From IMG/VR virus record IMGVR_UViG_3300031084_000003, positions 1-39,733 of that record: a stretch of DNA of 39,733 nucleotides. The stretch is one strand, 5' to 3'. The notes beneath the pieces were generated by a model that worked only from the letters and a program-made list of their open reading frames with translations, was not told the origin of the DNA and made no database searches. Below are positions 17,251-24,033 of this stretch, one piece after another. The stretch is from a virus. Position 1 is the first letter of the stretch, and the number at the start of each line of letters is the position of its first letter. Position numbers and translations under genes: made by a program.

Positions 17251-17610
17251 CTGGAGGCGCGGGGCAAGGAAACAGCTCTGCGCTGATTAGGCCGCCGTTC
17301 CGTCAGCAAGGCGCCTTCCAGTCGCTGTGGGGCGCTTAACGACCGCGCCCGACTCTCGGTTAGCGATACGCCCCTTCGCTCCTTCACGCGCCGGCTACGC
17401 TCACGCAGTCGCGCAAGCGCTCCAGTGATCAGTGATAGGGGCTCGCCTGGCTGATTTGTCAGGCTTCAAGCCAGCCAGCGCTTGTTTGGGCGTAGTTCAA
17501 GCTAACTACGTGCCGTCACCGCCCTGAGCGCTTCGCGTGGCTTATGTGCTTTCTGTGGCTGTTACAGCGGACAAGGGCGCAGCAACAGCCGGACAAGAAA
17601 GATTTTCGAG

Positions 17611-17650
17611 AATGACGAAATAACGAATTGACGAAATAACGAAACGCAAA
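17611..17650 (+). repeat. ACGAA box array A (4 boxes, exact 8-bp phasing)
   Basis: ACGAA at 17615, 17623, 17631 and 17639, separated by AT-rich trinucleotides (TGACGAAATAACGAATTGACGAAATAACGAA). Confidence 0.9.
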
Positions 17651-17653
17651 TAA

Positions 17654-17706
17654 GGTTCATGCCAAGGCCGGGCATTACGCCAAGGCCGCTATCCGGGGTA
17701 TGAACC
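17654..17706 (+). promoter_or_regulatory. Leader module 1: inverted repeat GGTTCAT/ATGAACC enclosing two CCAAGGCCG repeats 18 bp apart, ending 1 nt before the ATG at 17708
   Basis: Read directly. Paralogous to 18537..18585. Confidence 0.7.
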
Positions 17707-17707
17707 G

Positions 17708-18022
17708 ATGACTAGGCAAGATCCGCACGTGGTCGCTTTGAAGGCGGCATTTTTTGACCGCTACGCAATCCAACTCAATGCACGCATTGCCGGGGGATCG
17801 CAGCGCGATTGCCTGGTGTTGGCCGTGCCTGATTTTCGCAAGAGCGCCGAGATAGACCGCTCGCAGTTAGTGAACATCGGTATTTGGCTTGAGTCCCAAG
17901 GGTATTATTTGTGCGAGGATTACGGGCGCGTCGGCCTGCTGGCTTCGCCGTCTGGCTGGACCTGCTGGAACGCCGGCGTGTCGGTCAAGGTGCGTTATTG
18001 TCCTGGGCGTTTAACGAAATAA
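17708..18022 (+). CDS. Hypothetical protein (104 aa)
   Basis: ORF between arrays A and B. The last codons (LTK, stop) are encoded by array B. Confidence 0.6.
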   Translation: MTRQDPHVVALKAAFFDRYAIQLNARIAGGSQRDCLVLAVPDFRKSAEIDRSQLVNIGIWLESQGYYLCEDYGRVGLLASPSGWTCWNAGVSVKVRYCPGRLTK

Positions 18023-18045
18023 CGATTTAACGAAATGACGAATGA
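18011..18045 (+). repeat. ACGAA box array B (4 boxes, 8-bp phasing)
   Basis: ACGAA/ACGAT at 18014, 18022, 18030 and 18038, followed by the 9-bp-stem hairpin ACCGCCGGC-aca-GCCGGCGGT (18045..18065). Confidence 0.9.
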
Positions 18046-18085
18046 CCGCCGGCACAGCCGGCGGTTTAGCATTGGAGGCTGAAGG

Positions 18086-18505
18086 ATGTTTGTTTTGCTG
18101 CTGCGTGACGGGTCACGCACTGAGATAGAGGCGCCAGATTTTTGGGAGGCTATGCGCGTAGCGCTCCGCCTCGACGCGGCGCAACTTGAAGTGCCGGGCG
18201 ATCCGCCCCGCTCGATGACGGCGGATCAAGTTCGGCATGAGTTGGCCCTTGATCGTCCGGGTCTGTTCGATCCGTACGCGCCTGACTGGTCTCCACCGAC
18301 GGCGGCCGAGTTTCGCGAGTTGTTGCGGGTTGCTGATCTTTCCGCGAGCAAGGCCGGCATGCTGGTGGGGGTCGACTCTCGCAAAATCCGCAAGTGGGCG
18401 GGTGACGAAAAAGCGGACATGCCTTATGCCGTGTGGCGCCTTCTGAGCATCTACGCTGGGCTTGCAGAAGCACCAAACCATCCAGCTAACGAAATAACGA
18501 AATAA
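18086..18505 (+). CDS. Putative DNA-binding protein with a C-terminal XRE-type helix-turn-helix
   Basis: 139 aa. AEFRELLRVADLSASKAGMLVGVDSRKIRKWAGDEK.MPYAVWRLL is an XRE-like HTH pattern. GGAGG SD. The last codons (EITK, stop) are encoded by array C. Confidence 0.65.
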   Translation: MFVLLLRDGSRTEIEAPDFWEAMRVALRLDAAQLEVPGDPPRSMTADQVRHELALDRPGLFDPYAPDWSPPTAAEFRELLRVADLSASKAGMLVGVDSRKIRKWAGDEKADMPYAVWRLLSIYAGLAEAPNHPANEITK

Positions 18506-18530
18506 CGAATTGACGAAATAACGAATTGAT
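18486..18530 (+). repeat. ACGAA box array C (5 boxes, 8-bp phasing)
   Basis: ACGAA at 18489, 18497, 18505, 18513 and 18521. Confidence 0.9.
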
Positions 18531-18536
18531 TTTAAA

Positions 18537-18585
18537 GTCTGCTCCAAGGCCGGGGATTGACCCAAGGCCGCACCCTGGAGCAGAC
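18537..18585 (+). promoter_or_regulatory. Leader module 2: inverted repeat GTCTGCTCC/GGAGCAGAC enclosing two CCAAGGCCG repeats 18 bp apart, ending 2 nt before the ATG at 18588
   Basis: Read directly. Same architecture as 17654..17706, but the arms have a different sequence. Confidence 0.7.
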
Positions 18586-18587
18586 CG

Positions 18588-18791
18588 ATGACTACCGCGC
18601 AACTTGCGGCCCGCATGCAAAAAGTGGCCGACCAACTCCCTACCTCCCGCCTGATTGAAGCTGTCCACCACCTGGGCGGCGCCATCTTGCCGCCGACCGA
18701 TAACATGGTGCGCGCGGCGCTGCTGTCAGCTTATGAGGCGCGCAAAGGTGGCGAAGCCATGGATGCGCTGATGGATCAAATCGGACTTTAA
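18588..18791 (+). CDS. Hypothetical protein (67 aa)
   Basis: ORF starting ATGACT, like the 17708 ORF. Helical, with no motif recognised. Confidence 0.55.
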   Translation: MTTAQLAARMQKVADQLPTSRLIEAVHHLGGAILPPTDNMVRAALLSAYEARKGGEAMDALMDQIGL

Positions 18792-18837
18792 GCATGATCG
18801 CCCCGGCTGCGCCGGGGCTGTTGATGGAGCTGCAAGC

Positions 18838-20529
18838 ATGGCTAAGAAGAAAACCGACGCCCAGGAACTGCCGCTGGAGCAGCAGCCGCTGTTCCTCAAA
18901 ACTCTTGAATTTCTGCCGGCCGAACGTGCCGCCCTGGAGCAACTGGCCGGCGATATGCTGCGGCTGTTCAACGATGCCATGGTTGCCAGCAGTGCGCGCG
19001 ACATTGAAACGTCAGTGCTTCGGTATAAAGCGGTGGTCTATCGATTGAATGGCGATACGTTCATGGGGTGCGCCACGGATGAGGGTGCAGGGGGGCAGTT
19101 GCTCAAGCAGTTAGCCGCGCCTGCAGGTGTGGTGCCAGGCTGGGGACAGGCCGGCCAATATTTGCTTGATATCGACGGCATGCGGCTGCGCGTGAACGTA
19201 GACCCCTGGAGCATGGGAGGCATGCACAGTTTGAGTTTTCGCGCTGTAGACGCCTCGGCCAAGTTCATCAGTGAAACAGGCTACCTGAGCCAGTTCCTGC
19301 ACACTGACAAGCATGTGGGCCAAACCTTCGGCCAGGCGGTGCGCGCCCTGGTGGAGCAGCTACTGCATGGCGAGTTCAAGCCGAAGGCCATCCGCGAGGA
19401 AGATCGCGCCAAGATCACCGTGCCGGCCTGGCTTGTGCCGGCACTGCAAGGCGTTACGCGTAACGGTCAGTTGAATATGCCGCTGTCGGGTGAGCCGCAA
19501 TTGACTGAGCCGGTAGCGAAGGTGCCACTGAGCAACGCCAAGCGGCAGCAACTGCACCGGCAGCGCCTCAAGGAGCGCGCGCAGACCGAAGGGCTTAAAG
19601 TTATCCCGCTGACCCAAGAAGAGCGCATGGTGTTGAGCCTGGGCGTGCTGGCTCATGAGGATTTGTTTCATCGGCCGAAGGACTGGGCCACCAGCAAGAA
19701 GCCTGGATTTGATTCGCTGCTGATCAAGCTGTGGCCCGAAGGCGATGACGGCCGTTATTTGGCTGAGCCTGAGCGTAGCACCCGCCGGCCTGCTGGGTTC
19801 CTGCGCGATGAGTTGAAGTATCAGCGCGAGCGAGTCACCCGCCTTGAGATTGAAAACCGCGCGCTGCGCGCCGGTGAGCCAGTAGCCGGTGAGGTGGTCG
19901 TGTCCGCTGATGACCCGCATAACTGGGCGCGCACCGTGAAGCTGACGCGGGATGAAGATTCGCTGATGCTGTGGGCTTTCAGTGTGTTTTTCACGGCACG
20001 CGCTGACCTCGATCACTTGAAGTCGCCTTTAGTGCTGGAGAACCTAGAGACGATATTTCAGGGTTGCCCCATGTGGACCGAGAAATTCAAGGCCCAGCTG
20101 GATCAGGATCAGGGGATAATCAACGGCACCAAATACCGGGAAAAAGAGGCTAAGCGCGGCTGGAAATGTTACGAAGATGAGCGAAAGCAAAACGTCCAGT
20201 TGTTCAAAGAGCGGGCCGCTGATCGCGCTGAAATCGAGCGTCTAAAAGCCGCGCTCAACGAGATTGCCGCCGAGGTTGGGGCACCAGCTGCGGCGCCTAT
20301 GGTGCGCAAGCATGATGGCAAGCCCATGGATTTGGAGGGCCTGAATCGTGAAGTTGATTGGCTGGTAGGTGAGCTGAACAAGGCTACGGCCAAGGCCGAC
20401 GCGGTGGAAAGAGAGCAGGTTTTGCTGGAGTCTGAGCGAAACAAGGCGTTTGAGGCCAACAAGACTTTGACCGAGCGCCTACGCCGCGCAGGCCTGCCGA
20501 CCGATTACCGCAAGCAACCGGGCGAGTGA
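18838..20529 (+). CDS. Large hypothetical protein (563 aa) with a coiled-coil C-terminal third
   Basis: GGAG SD. Protein-like composition throughout. C-terminal heptad-like charged region (ERLKAALNEIAAE..., KATAKADAVEREQVLLESERNKAFEANKTLTERL). No catalytic motif recognised. Confidence 0.75.
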   Translation: MAKKKTDAQELPLEQQPLFLKTLEFLPAERAALEQLAGDMLRLFNDAMVASSARDIETSVLRYKAVVYRLNGDTFMGCATDEGAGGQLLKQLAAPAGVVPGWGQAGQYLLDIDGMRLRVNVDPWSMGGMHSLSFRAVDASAKFISETGYLSQFLHTDKHVGQTFGQAVRALVEQLLHGEFKPKAIREEDRAKITVPAWLVPALQGVTRNGQLNMPLSGEPQLTEPVAKVPLSNAKRQQLHRQRLKERAQTEGLKVIPLTQEERMVLSLGVLAHEDLFHRPKDWATSKKPGFDSLLIKLWPEGDDGRYLAEPERSTRRPAGFLRDELKYQRERVTRLEIENRALRAGEPVAGEVVVSADDPHNWARTVKLTRDEDSLMLWAFSVFFTARADLDHLKSPLVLENLETIFQGCPMWTEKFKAQLDQDQGIINGTKYREKEAKRGWKCYEDERKQNVQLFKERAADRAEIERLKAALNEIAAEVGAPAAAPMVRKHDGKPMDLEGLNREVDWLVGELNKATAKADAVEREQVLLESERNKAFEANKTLTERLRRAGLPTDYRKQPGE

Positions 20530-20534
20530 TCACA

Positions 20535-20548
20535 TGTTATGCGTAACG
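20535..20548. promoter_or_regulatory. Palindrome variant TGTTATGCGTAACG, about 20 nt upstream of the ATG at 20568
   Basis: Two mismatches to CGTTACGCGTAACG. Intergenic. Confidence 0.45.
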
Positions 20549-20567
20549 ATCTGCGAGAGTGGCCGCC

Positions 20568-20819
20568 ATGTTTGATGAGTTGCCCGTACTGACGGATGCC
20601 CAGGTGGCGGCCCTGGCGCAGCCTGGCGAAAGCTGGGAAGCGGCCCGCGTGCGGGCTGAGCGGCTGTATAGCTGTGTCCAGGCATGTACCCCATGCTATC
20701 GCTGCAATGCCACGGGGGTGATGCGCTGGGGCGGCTGGATCGATGACCCTTCGATGGGTTGTCCTGTATGCGCGCGCTGGGATTCTGTTTGGCGCAGCAA
20801 TCCGAATATCTACGATTGA
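20568..20819 (+). CDS. Small Cys-rich (zinc-ribbon-like) protein
   Basis: 83 aa from the ATG at 20568 (the ORF opens at GTG 20559). CTPCYRC ... CPVC motifs. Confidence 0.55.
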   Translation: MFDELPVLTDAQVAALAQPGESWEAARVRAERLYSCVQACTPCYRCNATGVMRWGGWIDDPSMGCPVCARWDSVWRSNPNIYD

Positions 20820-20837
20820 AAGGAAGGAACCTAGCGA

Positions 20838-21044
20838 ATGACATTGAATGCACCTAAACAATCATCCCGTCGCTTCCAGGGCGCGGCCCTGCTGTTGGCG
20901 CTGTCGTTGCTGGCCTACGCCCTGGTGCAGCACCAGCAAGCCGTCACCCGCGAGCAGGCCGCCGAGCTGGATGCGTATTGCTCCGAGCCTGCCACGGGCG
21001 AATTCTCCCTGAAATTGGCGTGCGTCCCGCGCAACAAGCTATAA
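20838..21044 (+). CDS. Small membrane protein (68 aa)
   Basis: GGAAGGAA SD. One TM segment, GAALLLALSLLAYALV. Confidence 0.55.
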   Translation: MTLNAPKQSSRRFQGAALLLALSLLAYALVQHQQAVTREQAAELDAYCSEPATGEFSLKLACVPRNKL

Positions 21045-21055
21045 GGAGCCCCCGC

Positions 21056-21343
21056 ATGAGCGACTTTCAACACGACCCCATCCCCCTGGAGCTGCCCGGC
21101 TATCTGGTTGAGACGCTGGCCGAATGGGCGCGCGCCGATACCGTGGCGCAGCGACCGGACGCCGAGCGGCCGGACAAGGCAGCGGCCCGCGAGACGCGCC
21201 AGAATCTGGCCGACACCTTTGTGCGTGGATTGCTGCTGAATCTGCCGGCGTTTTCCGCCGAGGGTGATTTTGCCGATGCGCTCAACGAGCGCGCCGAAGC
21301 CTATGCCGACTACCGCGCCGCCCAGGACGCGAAAGACAACTGA
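21056..21343 (+). CDS. Hypothetical acidic protein (95 aa)
   Basis: ATG at 21056 preceded by AAGGAG. The longer ORF from 20978 overlaps the previous gene. Confidence 0.55.
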   Translation: MSDFQHDPIPLELPGYLVETLAEWARADTVAQRPDAERPDKAAARETRQNLADTFVRGLLLNLPAFSAEGDFADALNERAEAYADYRAAQDAKDN

Positions 21344-21357
21344 AAGGAACCCAATTT

Positions 21358-21597
21358 ATGCTGACTGAACAATCCCCATCCCCCCGCCAGCCTATCGTGC
21401 GCCGCTATTTCTTCGGCATGACCAGTCATATCGAGCTGGCATGCGGCCATAGCCGTGATGAGCGCGTGATGTGGGCCGGTAGCGATGTAATGCCAGGTGA
21501 AGCGACGACCTGCTTTGACTGCGGCCTGGTGGCCGCTGGCCTGATGCCGACAGAGGAACAGTTGCAAGCGTTCCGGCGCGAACACGGGACGGAGTGA
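21358..21597 (+). CDS. Small Cys/His-containing protein (79 aa)
   Basis: AAAGGAA SD. LACGH ... CFDC motifs. Confidence 0.55.
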   Translation: MLTEQSPSPRQPIVRRYFFGMTSHIELACGHSRDERVMWAGSDVMPGEATTCFDCGLVAAGLMPTEEQLQAFRREHGTE

Positions 21598-21632
21598 CGC
21601 CGCGTTACCAATAACGCCGCTTATGTATAAAA

Positions 21633-21670
21633 GGCCCCCACACTTACGCCAAGTGTGGGGGCCTTTTTTT
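21633..21670 (+). terminator. Strong intrinsic terminator
   Basis: 13-bp stem GGCCCCCACACTT/AAGTGTGGGGGCC followed by T7. Confidence 0.85.
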
Positions 21671-21769
21671 ATGCCCACGGAAACCACACCCCCCTAGACT
21701 GGCATACCAGTACCCCATAGAGTGGTTTTACGCACTGATACCCCCTCACTCGAAAAAGGAATCCGGCCT

Positions 21770-22087
21770 ATGCCGCGTTATCACATTCACTTCGCTGCAA
21801 CCCGCGACCACTACCCGCAGAGTAGTGAACATACCCGCGTGGTTGAGCTGGAAAATCCGATTGAATACGACAGTGATATTGAGCTGGTGCAAACCCTGGC
21901 GGCCGAGGCGGTGGGGGCCAAGGCTGCAATGCTGACCAGTTGGCGCGAACTCAAGGGCCAGGCGCGCCCAGCGCTTTACCACTGCGCGCCGTGCCGTATG
22001 GAATGGCCGGTTGGCTATGAGATTCGCTGCACGCTGTGTTCACGCCTGGCTGAGCCTGGGCCGCTGTTTGCCGAGGCGGCAGCATGA
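21770..22087 (+). CDS. Small Cys-rich protein (105 aa)
   Basis: ATG at 21770 preceded by AAAGGAA. CAPC ... CTLC motifs. Confidence 0.55.
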   Translation: MPRYHIHFAATRDHYPQSSEHTRVVELENPIEYDSDIELVQTLAAEAVGAKAAMLTSWRELKGQARPALYHCAPCRMEWPVGYEIRCTLCSRLAEPGPLFAEAAA

Positions 22088-22329
22088 GCGCACGTGACAG
22101 TAACGCACGCCAGTATCGGCTGCATGAGGCCCTGGAGTTTTGGCACGAACGCTGGACCCTTGAGGGTCTGTATGTGTCCTGCCCAGGCTGTCACGCGCAG
22201 CAGTTGGCCGACGATGCGCGCGAGCCGTTTATGCACGTCGACGGCTGCGCCATGACCACCGAGTTTGCCAAACACCCCTGGATTGAATTACGCGACCTGC
22301 TGGCCGACCTGCCCCCGGTGCCGGCATGA
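22084..22329 (+). CDS. Small Cys/His protein (81 aa)
   Basis: ATGA overlap with the preceding gene. CPGC ... HVDGC motifs. Confidence 0.55.
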   Translation: MSARDSNARQYRLHEALEFWHERWTLEGLYVSCPGCHAQQLADDAREPFMHVDGCAMTTEFAKHPWIELRDLLADLPPVPA

Positions 22330-22571
22330 GCGGCGGGCTTTCACTGAATGGGATCAGCCTTCCGGATCTGATCCGCACCAAGTTGGCCAACCACCTGGCG
22401 CGCCTGGAGCGGGTCGAGGATCTGCACGCCCTGGAGCTGGCCCAGGAACGCGCGGAAGGCTTTGTCGAAGGCATCGAGGCGGCACGCGCACTGACCCCGG
22501 CCACCGTCGAGGCGCTGTTTATTGCGGTGGAAGAAGCGGCCGCAGCGCGCCGCCAGGGGCTGGCGGCATGA
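22326..22571 (+). CDS. Hypothetical helical protein (81 aa)
   Basis: ATGA overlaps at both ends (translationally coupled chain). Confidence 0.55.
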   Translation: MSGGLSLNGISLPDLIRTKLANHLARLERVEDLHALELAQERAEGFVEGIEAARALTPATVEALFIAVEEAAAARRQGLAA

Positions 22572-22819
22572 TCGGGGAGGCCATCCAGTCGGACACCTTG
22601 AAAGCCCTGGTGAGCCAGCACGCCGTCCGCGAGGCCGTGGTGGGCCGCGTTGCCGGCAGTGACGCGCAGTGGACGCTATCGGTACGCCTGGGCGGGCCCA
22701 CGTCGCGCCTGGTGCCAGTGCGCTCCCGGCGTGAGCCGTTGCGCACCTGGGCTAGCCTGACGGCCGTGGGACGCTTTGCCGACGCTGTGGGCCTACGCGG
22801 GTTTACCGTCGAGCTGTGA
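22568..22819 (+). CDS. Hypothetical protein (83 aa)
   Basis: ATG at 22568 within the long ORF 22265..22819. The upstream part of that ORF overlaps the two preceding genes and is Arg/Gly-rich junk. Confidence 0.5.
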   Translation: MIGEAIQSDTLKALVSQHAVREAVVGRVAGSDAQWTLSVRLGGPTSRLVPVRSRREPLRTWASLTAVGRFADAVGLRGFTVEL

Positions 22820-23014
22820 TTACACGCCCTGGGCCTGGGCGGCTTTGTCCAGGGCTTCGGCCAGGATCTGCGCGGCGGTGCTGAGTGAGCTGTAGAGCTT
22901 GGCTAATTCCAGTTCCGGCGCGCTGGCCGGCGTGCGCCGGTATTGCGCGTGGTACTGGCGGAAATCGGCCAGGGTTTGCAGTTCGTGCGCGGTCAGGTCC
23001 AGGGTGATCAACAT
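22820..23014 (-). CDS. Hypothetical helical protein (64 aa), convergent with the preceding operon
   Basis: GAGG SD 7 nt upstream on the minus strand. Its stop abuts the stop of the plus-strand gene. Confidence 0.5.
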   Translation of the reverse strand: MLITLDLTAHELQTLADFRQYHAQYRRTPASAPELELAKLYSSLSTAAQILAEALDKAAQAQGV

Positions 23015-23030
23015 CGGGCTACCTCGATGG

Positions 23031-23044
23031 CGTTATGCGTAACG
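23031..23044. promoter_or_regulatory. Palindrome variant CGTTATGCGTAACG, about 17 nt upstream of the minus-strand start at 23014
   Basis: One mismatch to the perfect 14-mer. It is the reverse complement of the variant at 31451. Confidence 0.5.
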
Positions 23045-23061
23045 GGGCAAACGTACAGGCG

Positions 23062-23094
23062 AAAAAAAACCGCCTTAGAGAGGGCGGTCTTTTC
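23062..23094. terminator. Bidirectional hairpin terminator (A8-ACCGCC-ttagagag-GGCGGT-CTTTTC)
   Basis: Read directly. Confidence 0.6.
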
Positions 23095-23569
23095 GTGCAA
23101 TCCGGTTAGAGGCCGGGCTTGCGTTCTCACAGGGAGCATTAGCGTGTGCGTTGATGGTAGCGCCGGGCTGCAAGTAAACACAAGACAACACAATGAAATA
23201 ATCGTTATTTACGATCTACGGTCGATTATACGCCAACCATTCGTCAACTTTTAAAACCCCGCAAACCCAAGCTGTGCGCGGCTCTTGGCTGAAAATGAAA
23301 CGAATTCTGAAACGCAATGCGCCGGCGCCGCAACACAAAGCTGAAATCCTCGATATGATGGTCACGTTCCGCGTTCGTCACCTTTGAGGTTGGCCGGGCC
23401 AGCGCGCGAATTTTGGACCGACTGCCACGGATTAGAGACCCGTACCGGTTAATGCAGAAGGACCATAAGCCCAGCCGCCTCATAGGGAGCATTAGCGTGT
23501 TTCCCGAAGGTGCGCAAGTTCCGGTAGAGCGCACTGGAGGTACGGCCCAACCACGGGAGGGCCGCCAAC

Positions 23570-23671
23570 ATGTTTAAGTTTTTTAAACGTGCGTGGAACC
23601 TCGTCAGAAACGCGTTAGGGGCTTTTCGTCTCTACGAGTTGCTGCGAGACCATTGGAACGAACTGCTGTAA
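23570..23671 (+). CDS. Candidate 33-aa basic amphipathic peptide (MFKFFKRAWNLVRNALGAFRLYELLRDHWNELL)
   Basis: GGGAGG SD 9 nt upstream. Its ATG overlaps the stop of a 26-codon upstream ORF (CATGTTTAA). A strong terminator follows at 23690. It is below the ORF-track size cut-off. Confidence 0.35.
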   Translation: MFKFFKRAWNLVRNALGAFRLYELLRDHWNELL

Positions 23672-23689
23672 GGGTTTGAACTGAGGGGA

Positions 23690-23723
23690 AACCGTCTTGG
23701 CTTCGGCCAGGGCGGTTTTTTTT
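23690..23723 (+). terminator. Intrinsic terminator (12-bp stem with two G-U pairs, then T8)
   Basis: AACCGTCTTGGC-ttcg-GCCAGGGCGGTT followed by TTTTTT. Confidence 0.75.
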
Positions 23724-23727
23724 GCCC

Positions 23728-23755
23728 ATAAAAAAGCCCCGCCAGGTGCGGGGCT
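23728..23755 (-). terminator. Terminator of the par operon (minus strand)
   Basis: AGCCCCGC-caggt-GCGGGGCT, with the T-run on the minus strand (A-run 23730..23735 on plus). Confidence 0.7.
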
Positions 23756-23772
23756 TGGTTTGCTGCTAGCGA

Positions 23773-24033
23773 TCACTTCCCGCCCTTAGCGTCCTTGAGT
23801 AGGGCAAAGCCTTGGCGAAGAACATCAACCATGCTCATCTTGTGCATGGCCGCAAACATCTTAAGCTCATGCTTGAATTGAGCGTCCACCTTGAAGTTGG
23901 CTGTTACAAGTTCTTCTGGTGCCGCCTGGTGGGTGTGGCCGGCTTTGCTCAGTGCTTCGGCAGCCAGTGGCGAGGCCGGGGCGATGCCCTTCGTGGAGTT
24001 GCGGCGAGGTGGCTTCGGGGCTTGTACTGTCAT
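23773..24033 (-). CDS. parG: Ribbon-helix-helix DNA-binding protein, ParG-like centromere-binding/repressor candidate
   Basis: 86 aa. A disordered basic N-terminus, then ANFKVDAQFKHELKMFAAMHKMSMVDVLRQGFALL, a strand-helix-helix pattern like TP228 ParG. Directly downstream of the ParA-like gene. Confidence 0.65.
   Translation of the reverse strand: MTVQAPKPPRRNSTKGIAPASPLAAEALSKAGHTHQAAPEELVTANFKVDAQFKHELKMFAAMHKMSMVDVLRQGFALLKDAKGGK

Noticed and set aside
17181-17387. 68-aa minus-strand ORF in the region downstream of repA
   Set aside because: It has no SD sequence and an Arg-rich translation, and it sits in a hairpin-dense non-coding stretch better explained as origin or regulatory DNA.
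22265-22567. Upstream part of the 184-aa ORF 22265..22819
   Set aside because: It overlaps two well-coupled genes in other frames and is Arg/Gly/Pro-rich. Only the part from the ATG at 22568 is kept.
23244-23534. 96-aa minus-strand ORF and 103-aa plus-strand ORF (22943..23254) in the 23-kb ORF-poor region
   Set aside because: Both have junk-like Arg/Ser/Cys-rich translations and no SD sequences, and they run through terminator hairpins. The region is better described by its small elements.
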